Source: Patescibacteria group bacterium
Lineage (GTDB): Bacteria; Patescibacteriota; Patescibacteriia; 2-01-FULL-39-33
DNA length: 56,731 nucleotides
Direction: 5' to 3'
Assembly (NCBI GenBank): GCA_038065695.1
Contig: JBBTQN010000020.1
Span: forward strand, 1-56,731
Made by a program: the position numbers and the translations under genes. The notes beneath the pieces are model-generated. The model had not been told where the DNA came from. It saw only the letters and a list, made by a program, of their open reading frames with translations, and searched no databases. How positions within the stretch are numbered: the first letter of the stretch is position 1; every line of letters starts with the position of its first letter. Below, piece after piece: positions 1 to 7,784 of the stretch.

Positions 1-806
1 ATTTTGGAATTTTCAATGCCGATGATTTCCGCCTTGATGGTCTCTCCGACTTTGACAAAATCATTCGGGTTGTCTATCCTTTGCCAAGCGATTTCGGAAA
101 TGTGAATCAGGCCTTCCAGTTTGTCAAATTCCACGAAGACGCCGAAATCAGTGACGGCCGTGACGCGGCCCTCCACAACATCGCCGATTTTGTATTTGTC
201 GATCACATGTTTTTGCGTCTCTTCCCAAGCCGCTTTCTCGCTGACAATGAGCTTGTCCTCGGCCTCGTTGGCGTCAAGGACTTTAACGTCGAATTTTTTA
301 TTGATATAACTTCGCAAGATTTCCAAAATGCGATTTTTGTCGCCGCCCGGAATGCGCGGATAATTTTCCGGCGAGAGCTGGGAGACGGGCAAAAAGCCCA
401 TCGTGTTTTCCACCTTGACCATCAGTCCGCCTTTGTTGGCGTCGGTCACTTGGACCGAGATAATCGTGCCGTCTTTTTCCAGTTGCTTGATATTCTGCCA
501 AGATTTTTGGCGGCCGGCGTACCGGAAAGACAATTCCACTTCGCCGTTTTCATTTTCCAGTTCCAAAACAGTCGCTTCCACTTCGTTGCCAACTTCAAGG
601 TTTCGGTACTCGTCGGATTCGCCGTACCTTTCTTTGCCGCGGACGATGCCGGTCGCGATGCCGCCCAAATCAATGTGGACTTCGCTTGAGTCGGCAAAAA
701 TTATCGTGCCTTTGACCAAGTCGCCGACTTTCGGAAAATTAAAATACTGCTTTTCGTCAAGCAGTCTTTTCATCTCGGATTCTTTTTTGTTTTCGTCTGA
801 AATCAT
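1..806 (-). CDS. rpsA: 30S ribosomal protein S1-like multi-S1-domain RNA-binding protein; the 3' end runs off the window
   Basis: Open minus-strand frame from the ATG at 806, absent from the ORF track because it has no in-window stop. My translation: MISDENKKESEMKRLLDEKQYFNFPKVGDLVKGTIIF...GDVVEGRVTAVTDFGVFVEFDKLEGLIHISEIAW, which shows repeated S1-fold motifs. The + ORF 81..689 is its antisense shadow. Confidence 0.85.
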   Translation of the reverse strand, partial: MISDENKKESEMKRLLDEKQYFNFPKVGDLVKGTIIFADSSEVHIDLGGIATGIVRGKERYGESDEYRNLEVGNEVEATVLELENENGEVELSFRYAGRQKSWQNIKQLEKDGTIISVQVTDANKGGLMVKVENTMGFLPVSQLSPENYPRIPGGDKNRILEILRSYINKKFDVKVLDANEAEDKLIVSEKAAWEETQKHVIDKYKIGDVVEGRVTAVTDFGVFVEFDKLEGLIHISEIAWQRIDNPNDFVKVGETIKAEIIGIENSK

Positions 807-977
807 AACTTCATATATTAGCCCCGCTTTTACAGAGGAGCCCCATTTGGTTTTGGCCGAACGGGAGGTTGATTAAGGACTAAAAGGCAGTATAGCAGGT
901 CTTTTTCTGGATGTCAAAATTTGGCTTTTATTGGCTTGAGTTTGCGTGGCGATATGATATAGTTGATATATTCTAAG

Positions 978-1075
978 TAATTTTTAATTTTGTAATTTTT
1001 AAATAATGATTTAATTTTTAATTTTTAAACATTAAATCATTAAAAATTATTTACAAAATTAAAAATTAAAAATTC
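978..1075. repeat. AT-rich imperfect palindrome in the divergent S1/RNHCP intergenic region
   Basis: The arms share taattttgtaa and aatgatttaat / attaaatcatt in inverted orientation around ttttaatttttaaac. Read by eye. Confidence 0.45.
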
Positions 1076-1081
1076 TACACC

Positions 1082-1408
1082 ATGTCCACTAAATTTATTA
1101 AAAAGAAGGAAAATTTTATCTGTGAACATTGCGGGAGAGAGGTGAAGGGCACCGGCTACACCAATCATTGCCCGAATTGCCTCTGGTCTAAACACGTGGA
1201 TGTCAGTCCGGGCGACCGAGCCGAGGAATGCGGCGGTCTGATGAAGCCGGTTGATTTTTATTTGAAAAAGCAGGAGTGGGTCGTCGTCCATGAGTGCGAG
1301 AAATGCGGGGAAAGAAGGCGCAACGTATTGTCGGATGAAGATAATTTTGACGAAGCGGTGAGATTGAAAAAGGAGATAAACGATAAGGTTATAAAGAAGA
1401 GCGTTTGA
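1082..1408 (+). CDS. RNHCP domain protein (small zinc-ribbon-like)
   Basis: CEHCG...GYTNHCPNCLWSKHVD...ECEKCG matches the RNHCP-domain signature as I remember it. An extended -10 (tgctataat) follows, serving the next gene. Confidence 0.75.
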   Translation: MSTKFIKKKENFICEHCGREVKGTGYTNHCPNCLWSKHVDVSPGDRAEECGGLMKPVDFYLKKQEWVVVHECEKCGERRRNVLSDEDNFDEAVRLKKEINDKVIKKSV

Positions 1409-1487
1409 CAGAAATATTTATTCGTGCTATAATTAACAGAGTTAAAAATAACAGTTGGAATGGTTCTTTTCAGAAAGGAGAGAGGCG

Positions 1488-2036
1488 ATGAAGACGGAAA
1501 AATTGTCGTTGGCGTTGGTGATTATTATTCTGTTGATTTTGATGGTTCTGGGCACTTGTTGCGCGCACAACCCGAAGAATTTTTTGTCGATGAACAGCGG
1601 CGAATATCGCGCCTTCCTGTACTTCAAGGAGGTATATTTCGCCACCAAAGTCGGCAAAGCAGATTTAGAAAAGGAGGCGGATTGGCGCCAGGATTGGGCC
1701 AAGTCGCCGGAAGATTACGCGGCGTTTTTGAAAAACAAGCTGCCGTTTATGAATGTCGTGGAGCCGACCTCAAAAGACCTCAAGTTTTTAACGGAGCAGA
1801 GCGAGCTATTGGAACTCTTCTGGGAGTGGAGCAAAATCAATCCCCGCCATCTCACCGCCGACCAAAGAGATTTTTTTGAACATTTCCGGCAATGGGAAAA
1901 AGTCCGGACGATAGAGGAAGAAAAAGATGACCGGGAATTTATTAGCGCCTTTCCTTGGATTGATCCTGACCAACTCTCTATTCGGGACAAGGTATTTCTG
2001 TCTGAAGCCGGCTCAGCGATTGTCTATTCGATGTAA
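1488..2036 (+). CDS. Putative secreted protein or lipoprotein, paralog of 10493..11017
   Basis: Start moved to MKTEK, which has an AGGAGAG RBS. It has an N-terminal hydrophobic segment ending in GTCC. It shares the blocks RAFLYFKEVY and FPWIDPDQLSIRDKVFL with the other copy (RALAYFKSVY, MPWIRLDPKKWTNKDKVFL). Confidence 0.6.
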   Translation: MKTEKLSLALVIIILLILMVLGTCCAHNPKNFLSMNSGEYRAFLYFKEVYFATKVGKADLEKEADWRQDWAKSPEDYAAFLKNKLPFMNVVEPTSKDLKFLTEQSELLELFWEWSKINPRHLTADQRDFFEHFRQWEKVRTIEEEKDDREFISAFPWIDPDQLSIRDKVFLSEAGSAIVYSM

Positions 2037-2048
2037 CTCACAAAAAAC

Positions 2049-2087
2049 CAGCCACCAAGCTTTCGCGCGGTGGCTGTTATTTTTTTA
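2049..2087. terminator. Bidirectional intrinsic terminator between convergent genes
   Basis: 8-bp stem cagccacc/ggtggctg with an A-run upstream and a T-run downstream. Confidence 0.7.
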
Positions 2088-2100
2088 TCTAAAAATATAT

Positions 2101-2973
2101 TCAATCTGTTATTTCGTTACATTGATTTAAGAGACTATAACAATAGGGATAACCGCTTGGATGGCGCATGCATTCTTCAGCTTTAGCCATATCGCATAAT
2201 TTAGTGCGATCTGAATATCCACCAGTGCCCACGCATAATGTTTTACATGGTGGTACATTTGTCCTTTTTGGTTGACAAAACGGAGGCAGGCCAAGCCTAT
2301 CTTTGCATTCTTCGTTGTCTCCGCAGCAGATTGACTGTCCATCTCTGGTTCTTCCGCAAGGATTACTGCATGTACGATTGGGTATGCAGTACCCGGCTCG
2401 CATTCCCATGTAAGATGCTTGAGCACACCTTTGATCTGGAGAACAGCAATTGTTTTGGACTTTATCCCCATCTTTATCAGGTATTCCTCTGCATAGTGTA
2501 TTCGGCGATTGGCAGCTTTGTTCAGTTGGTCGGCAGAATTTATAGCCCAAATGGCTATCTGATTCTTCTCCGGGCGCGCAGCAAGCATCGCCATTCAAGG
2601 TATAATTTGGCGGGCAAGTGCCAGCGGGAGGGCTGCAAGCTTCAAGATTGGAACAGACGTGGACTTCACTGCTTGTTTCTCTTTCAGCTTCGCAGGTGCT
2701 TTTAGGCATTGGCAAATGCGGTATCATTATGTCGCAGTTAAAAGGCGCTAATTTACCCATCGTGAAACAACAAACAGTAGGATTTGGCTCGGGCTCTTGG
2801 GGTGTTGCGCAAACTGTTTGGCCGAATATCTGGAAGCAAAGCGATGGAAAACTAAATGCCATTTTAGTGGCTGCAAAACCGATTCCAATAGCGACTGCGG
2901 CGATAGCCACAAAAGTGACGGCCATTATCGCGGTTTTGTTTTTTGTTTTAGTGAGGGTGAGTTTTGGGGGCAT
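2101..2973 (-). CDS. Membrane-anchored or secreted cysteine-rich protein, function unknown
   Basis: N-terminal TM segment (AIMAVTFVAIAAVAIGIGFAA), then about 30 Cys by my count, including several CC pairs. I recognise no family. Confidence 0.6.
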   Translation of the reverse strand: MPPKLTLTKTKNKTAIMAVTFVAIAAVAIGIGFAATKMAFSFPSLCFQIFGQTVCATPQEPEPNPTVCCFTMGKLAPFNCDIMIPHLPMPKSTCEAERETSSEVHVCSNLEACSPPAGTCPPNYTLNGDACCAPGEESDSHLGYKFCRPTEQSCQSPNTLCRGIPDKDGDKVQNNCCSPDQRCAQASYMGMRAGYCIPNRTCSNPCGRTRDGQSICCGDNEECKDRLGLPPFCQPKRTNVPPCKTLCVGTGGYSDRTKLCDMAKAEECMRHPSGYPYCYSLLNQCNEITD

Positions 2974-3022
2974 GGGTTTAATTTTTAAACTGATGTAATA
3001 ATTATATCAAGATATAATAAAT

Positions 3023-3058
3023 AAAAAAAGCCATCCGAGCGGGAGCGGGGATGGCGTG
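3023..3058 (-). repeat. GCCATCC..GGATGGC hairpin family, copy 1 (orphan; no minus-strand gene upstream of it)
   Basis: aaaaaaagccatccgagcgggagcggggatggcgtg. This is the same module as at 7016, 7704, 12234 and 17010. Confidence 0.7.
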
Positions 3059-3088
3059 ATTGGTTGAGGGTTTTAAATTTGACAAAAT

Positions 3089-3117
3089 TTGACAAAATTA
3101 TCCATTTTTACTAAAAT
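3089..3117 (+). promoter_or_regulatory. Sigma70-like promoter for the radical SAM operon
   Basis: TTGACA, 17 nt spacer, TAAAAT. The -35 lies in a direct repeat atttgacaaa x2. Confidence 0.6.
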
Positions 3118-3186
3118 GTAACGTTAGCCAAAAAATCACGGTTATGTGGTATGATTTGGGTGAGTACATTGAAAAAGGAGGCCGCC

Positions 3187-4638
3187 ATGAGTGGCAATAT
3201 TCGCATTGGAAAAGGAATGGCGGCGTTTCAAAATACGGCCGTCAATCAGAAAGAGATTTTGGTTAAATCTTCTTTTGTCCAAGTCATTCAAAATAGAGAT
3301 CGGGCCGTAATTTGGCACTCGCTCTTTGGCAATCCCCAAATTGTCTCTAACGAAGTGGTTGAATTGTTTGATTTTTTCTCCAGGTCTAACTCGCTTAGCT
3401 CTCTTACTGATGAGTATGATATTAATGAAGACGGTCAGAGAGTGATTCGCGGTTTGATTGCCACTTGTTATCTTATCCCCGTTAATTTTGACGAAAGAGG
3501 AATTCTCTCGGCCAGAATGAAAGACAGGGAAGCGGAAGTCATCAGTGGATCGCAAGTTGATTATCTTGGATTGATCATGGCCGAAGTTTGTAACTTCGCT
3601 TGCGTTTATTGTATTCATTTCAGCAATCTCGGAACGTCAGATCGAGTCAACAGCCCCCAAAAAATCATGGCTTTTGAAACCGCCAAGGATGCCATTGATG
3701 GTTATTTGTCGATCTTGCGGCAACATGGCAAAAAAACGGCCAATATTAACTTTGGTGGTGGCGAACCGCTTCTTGCTTGGCTGATTATTGAGCGGTTGCT
3801 CCGTTACTGTCAGACAGAGTACGGTTCGGAATTCGAGTTCAAGTTTTCGATTAACACGAACGCCTCTTTAATCACTCCCGCAATCGCGAAAAGACTCAAG
3901 GAACATGGAGTGAAAGTATCCTCAAGCCTTGATGGCCTTCGCGAGGGAAATGATTTGGTTCGGCAAACACAGTCAGGCCGAGGGACCTTTGACGAGATTA
4001 CGCGCGGCTTTGATTGTCTCGCCGAACATGGTTACCCTTTGGACGGAATTGCGGTTACGATCAATGAGAGGAACTTGCCGTTTCTTAACGAGGCTATTAT
4101 TGACTGGGCTGCCGCGCATCACATGGGCGAAGTTCGAATCGACATTGACGTGGTCGGCATAATTGATATTTCAATTGACAAAATTGCCACCAGGTTGATG
4201 ATGGTAAAGCGACATGCCAAGAAATACGGAATTGAAATCGCTGGTTTTTGGTCTCGACCAGTGGAAAATCTGAATAATTCCGCGTTGATATCGCATGTTG
4301 CTTTTTGTGGCGGAGCTCGTGGCAACAGCTTATGTGTCAGTCCTGCTGGTGGCATTTACAGTTGCGGTTATAGCAACATTCAAATCGGCAGCTTGGATAA
4401 AATGGCATCGTTACACGAAGTTGGAGGGGAATATCACCATTTTGTCCTCGGCCACCTTACGGGCAATATAGAGATGTGCCGCGGTTGTGCTATCGAAGGT
4501 CAATGCAATGGTGGTTGCAATATCACCCATGAATTCGCTGGTGTCAATAAAACGGCAAAAGTTGAACGCATGTGTTCTTTTTATCGCAGAATGACAACGG
4601 AGCTTCTTCTTGAACAGCTTAAAGATGTAGGCAGTTAA
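3187..4638 (+). CDS. Radical SAM/SPASM-domain peptide-modifying enzyme with an N-terminal extension of about 100 aa
   Basis: CX3CX2C in MAEVCNFACVYC. The C-terminal SPASM pattern is CRGCAIEGQCNGGC (CX2CX5CX3C) with extra upstream Cys. Start moved to MSGNIR, which sits behind AAAGGAGG. Confidence 0.9.
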   Translation: MSGNIRIGKGMAAFQNTAVNQKEILVKSSFVQVIQNRDRAVIWHSLFGNPQIVSNEVVELFDFFSRSNSLSSLTDEYDINEDGQRVIRGLIATCYLIPVNFDERGILSARMKDREAEVISGSQVDYLGLIMAEVCNFACVYCIHFSNLGTSDRVNSPQKIMAFETAKDAIDGYLSILRQHGKKTANINFGGGEPLLAWLIIERLLRYCQTEYGSEFEFKFSINTNASLITPAIAKRLKEHGVKVSSSLDGLREGNDLVRQTQSGRGTFDEITRGFDCLAEHGYPLDGIAVTINERNLPFLNEAIIDWAAAHHMGEVRIDIDVVGIIDISIDKIATRLMMVKRHAKKYGIEIAGFWSRPVENLNNSALISHVAFCGGARGNSLCVSPAGGIYSCGYSNIQIGSLDKMASLHEVGGEYHHFVLGHLTGNIEMCRGCAIEGQCNGGCNITHEFAGVNKTAKVERMCSFYRRMTTELLLEQLKDVGS

Positions 4639-4677
4639 GTTGTTTCAGAAATTATTAAGTGAAAGGAGGTGAATGCG

Positions 4678-4773
4678 ATGAAGAAGCAGAAAAAGCAGTT
4701 GCGTCTCACAGCTGAGGCCTTGCCCAAACAAAAGGTGCTCTGCACCTGTCGTCAACCCAGCAATTGTCACTGA
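4678..4773 (+). CDS. Candidate RiPP precursor peptide (31 aa), not in the ORF track
   Basis: GGAGG lies 8 nt before the ATG. Translation: MKKQKKQLRLTAEALPKQKVLCTCRQPSNCH, then a stop. It lies directly 3' of the SPASM enzyme and directly 5' of a terminator. Confidence 0.6.
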   Translation: MKKQKKQLRLTAEALPKQKVLCTCRQPSNCH

Positions 4774-4787
4774 TAAACAGTGACACA

Positions 4788-4814
4788 CCCCAACTTTTTA
4801 GTTGGGGCTTTTTT
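4788..4814. terminator. Intrinsic terminator after the peptide gene
   Basis: Stem ccccaac/gttgggg, 6-nt loop, then cttttttat. It abuts the stop of the convergent MFS gene. Confidence 0.75.
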
Positions 4815-5997
4815 ATATGGTATTATTTTTTGGTCGATAAACATACAAAATAAATCCTACGCTAAGCGTGATTAGGCCTAAAAATATCAAGCTGTTTGTT
4901 ATGGGCAGTCGATCAATCAAGAGGCCAAAAATAGGAAAAAAAATAATTCCCGCCAGGCTGTCAAAAAAATTTTGAATTGACAGGACGGTAGCACGGGTAT
5001 CGGAAGAAATTCGTCGTTGGATGTAGTCCTTTAAAATCGGATATTGGAATCCTTTACTAAAATAATAAAAAATGAAAAAAAATAAGGTAATCGCCAATGT
5101 CGGGTATGACATTAAAAGAAAAGATATTCCTGGAATGAAAAAAATTAAAAAAAGCGCTGATTTTTCCCGCAAAAATGCTTCAATTTTGTGAGCGTACATT
5201 GAACAGACAGCTTGAAAAAATAAAATAATTGAAAATATATAGCCGATAAAAACAACATTAACGCCCTTAGCTATTAGGAGCGGCTGACTTAATAAGCTGG
5301 CAAAAATTCCCATCATTAGAGAAAGAAAAACAGTAAATATTATATACCATCGTATAATCGGGGCTTGGATGGAATTTTTTAAACCCAAAATAAGAATTGT
5401 AAGGTAATTATCATTTGATTTTTTATGGGGTTTATTTTTTGGTTCATGCATTAAAAAATAAGATAGAGCGGCGAAAAAAAGCAAGAGGCCGTCAATAAAG
5501 AAAGGCCATTTATAATTAATAGAAAAGAGATAAGCGCCAAAAGGTGCAGCGATAACTCCAGCAATTGAGAAAAAGGCATAACTTTTTCCTTCAATTTTAT
5601 TGTAAAGATTTGATTGATTATTTTCAATTAGTGAATCATATATGAGCGCCGTATCGGCGCCAGAGCGCAAAGCCGCCCCGATGCCAAAAATAATTTGCGC
5701 TAAAGCAAAAATAAGAAAAGAATTTCCTAGGCCGATTAAGACCGTGGCGATAGCGACTATTAATACGCCCATTGAAATAACGTATTTTCTGCCAATCCGA
5801 TCTGCCAAGGCGCCGGTGGGAATTTCCAATGCAAAAGAAGCGCATAAAAATATGGATTCCAAAAGTCCAATTTCAAAATAACTCAATCCTCGTGCCAGAT
5901 AATATAAAATGGTAATAGGAACAATAAACGAAGCGCCAGAAAATATATGCGCCACGTAGTATTTTATAGTGTTTGATTGAGTATTAGCAGAAGCCAT
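4813..5997 (-). CDS. MFS transporter
   Basis: About 12 hydrophobic segments and the MFS motif-A-like GALADRIGRK. The gene is visibly AT-rich. Confidence 0.85.
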   Translation of the reverse strand: MASANTQSNTIKYYVAHIFSGASFIVPITILYYLARGLSYFEIGLLESIFLCASFALEIPTGALADRIGRKYVISMGVLIVAIATVLIGLGNSFLIFALAQIIFGIGAALRSGADTALIYDSLIENNQSNLYNKIEGKSYAFFSIAGVIAAPFGAYLFSINYKWPFFIDGLLLFFAALSYFLMHEPKNKPHKKSNDNYLTILILGLKNSIQAPIIRWYIIFTVFLSLMMGIFASLLSQPLLIAKGVNVVFIGYIFSIILFFQAVCSMYAHKIEAFLREKSALFLIFFIPGISFLLMSYPTLAITLFFFIFYYFSKGFQYPILKDYIQRRISSDTRATVLSIQNFFDSLAGIIFFPIFGLLIDRLPITNSLIFLGLITLSVGFILYVYRPKNNTI

Positions 5998-6104
5998 AAA
6001 TATGATAATTACCTTTTATAATTACTTTTTTTATATTGACAAATGATTAAAATTATTATATCCTATCTTTTGGGATTTGTATATTAAAAACAAGGAGAAA
6101 ACAC

Positions 6105-6911
6105 ATGAATAGCGGTCGGATTTTTGCGGAAAGTTATGACTGGGAATATCGGAATAAAAAAGACGATTTAGAGTTTTACCAAAAGCTTGCCGGCAGATTG
6201 GGAGGGCCGATTCTTGAATGCGGTTGCGGTACTGGCCGAATAGCGTTGGCTATGGCGGAAAAGGGATCGCCAGTCGTTGGCGTGGATATTGATCCGTATT
6301 CCTTGCAAATAATGAAGAAAAAAATCAAGAAGATTAATCTTGGAAGTCGGTGTTCTGCAATTTGCGATGATATTACAAAATTGGACGCTAATGCCGCGCT
6401 TAGTCAAAGGATGTTTAAAATGATTTTATTTTCTTTTGACATTTTTTCGTATCTATTTCCATCTACGCGAGGATTATATTCCACAAAAGAAGATGTGCAA
6501 AAGGTCCAACGGTCTGTTCTGGAATGGAGCAAAAGACATTTAGATAAGAATGGAGTGGTTGTGATTGATGTTTTCGGATTAGGGGAGCATATTGAACCAT
6601 ATGTTCTTCGGCACCATTACACGATGACAGATAATCAGGCGGGGATTGTGAGGAGCTGTTTTTCTGCTTTCCAGCCCGATCAAGATCCTGACTTTTTCCA
6701 GCTCCATTTTTTTATAGAAGAAATAAAGAATGGAGCCATGAGGAAGTTTCACCGCATGTTGCGCGGATATCGGCAAGATATTATTGAACTGAAGAATCTC
6801 GCCGAGAGCGTCGGTTTAGAGATTACGGAGGTATATGATAATATAAGTTTCCGTCCATGCAAATTAAAACCGAATATTTATGGGGCAGTGATAATTTTTA
6901 AACTGCCATAG
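6105..6911 (+). CDS. Class I SAM-dependent methyltransferase
   Basis: Motif I ILECGCGTGRIALAMA followed by VVGVDIDP. Confidence 0.85.
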   Translation: MNSGRIFAESYDWEYRNKKDDLEFYQKLAGRLGGPILECGCGTGRIALAMAEKGSPVVGVDIDPYSLQIMKKKIKKINLGSRCSAICDDITKLDANAALSQRMFKMILFSFDIFSYLFPSTRGLYSTKEDVQKVQRSVLEWSKRHLDKNGVVVIDVFGLGEHIEPYVLRHHYTMTDNQAGIVRSCFSAFQPDQDPDFFQLHFFIEEIKNGAMRKFHRMLRGYRQDIIELKNLAESVGLEITEVYDNISFRPCKLKPNIYGAVIIFKLP

Positions 6912-7015
6912 AATGATTTTGAGCTAAAGAAAAGTTTTTATACTTTCTTTAGCTTTTTTTGTTGTTTATTATGGTCACTATTGGAAAAAGTAATTTTTTA
7001 AATAGATTGAATAGA

Positions 7016-7054
7016 AAAAGCCATCCGAGCGGAAGCTGGGATGGCTTGTTGGTA
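7016..7054 (-). terminator. GCCATCC..GGATGGC hairpin family, copy 2 (terminator of 7107..7637)
   Basis: aaaaagccatccgagcggaagctgggatggcttgttggt. Read on the minus strand, this is a hairpin followed by a T-run. Confidence 0.7.
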
Positions 7055-7106
7055 TTAAAAACTGAAACTTGACATTCAAATCCTGAAATCAATTTAAAAC
7101 CGTGCA

Positions 7107-7637
7107 TTAAATCAGGTTTTCCAACCCCAATTCAGACAGTTTATTTTTCATAAGTTCATTTATCCTTTTTTCATTTGTTTGGTGATCGTCCGTGTCTGAA
7201 TAAGAACCAAGAAGATGAGTTATCTCATGAACTAAAACATGTTGCCACCATTCGTCATTATTAATGTCTCTTATTCGCACATAAACAGATGAAATTTTTG
7301 GATTGTAGCTTCCTCCCGGGCCGAACGGTACCAAGATAATATTATATTTTTTCGGTTCTGTCACTTTCAATTCTGCCGCCATTGATGTGGCGAATTTACT
7401 TCCAATTTCTTCCCACCACTTTTTTATTTTTGGAATTAAGGGTTGGATTTCTGTCTTCCAATCAGTTTGATTAAAAAATCTTATGGCCGCTTCAGGGTAT
7501 GTTTCATTTTTATTTTTTTCCGGCATTATCGGTTTTAATCCCCATTTTGAAAAATTACCGTTTTCAAAGTTTTTTACGGTTAATTCCAAGTCGTTCAATA
7601 TCGGTTCCAGGGAAATTATAATTAATATGTCGGGCAT
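7107..7637 (-). CDS. Hypothetical cytoplasmic HExxH (zinc metallopeptidase-like) protein
   Basis: The only recognisable motif is VLVHEITHLLG. No signal peptide. Confidence 0.5.
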   Translation of the reverse strand: MPDILIIISLEPILNDLELTVKNFENGNFSKWGLKPIMPEKNKNETYPEAAIRFFNQTDWKTEIQPLIPKIKKWWEEIGSKFATSMAAELKVTEPKKYNIILVPFGPGGSYNPKISSVYVRIRDINNDEWWQHVLVHEITHLLGSYSDTDDHQTNEKRINELMKNKLSELGLENLI

Positions 7638-7703
7638 AGTTAACAGGTATGTTTATTTGAATCTAATTTACCACAGATTTATTTTTTTATTAAGCGGAAT
7701 TTA

Positions 7704-7744
7704 AAAAAAGCCATCCGAGCGGAAGTTGGGATGGCTTGTTGGTG
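7704..7744 (-). terminator. GCCATCC..GGATGGC hairpin family, copy 3 (downstream of the FadL-like gene)
   Basis: aaaaaaagccatccgagcggaagttgggatggcttgttggtg. Confidence 0.7.
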
Positions 7745-7747
7745 TTT

Positions 7748-7784
7748 CCCCTCCTTTATTCAAGGAGGGGATTAAGGGGAGGTC
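7748..7784. repeat. CCCCTCC/GGAGGGG hairpin (half element)
   Basis: cccctcctttattcaaggagggg followed by attaaggggaggtc. This is the same head as the composite elements at 27229, 31259, 41018 and 55184. Confidence 0.6.

Noticed and set aside
81-689. 202-aa + strand ORF and neighbouring ORFs at the left edge
   Set aside because: They are antisense to a clear S1-domain protein frame on the minus strand and show no recognisable motifs.
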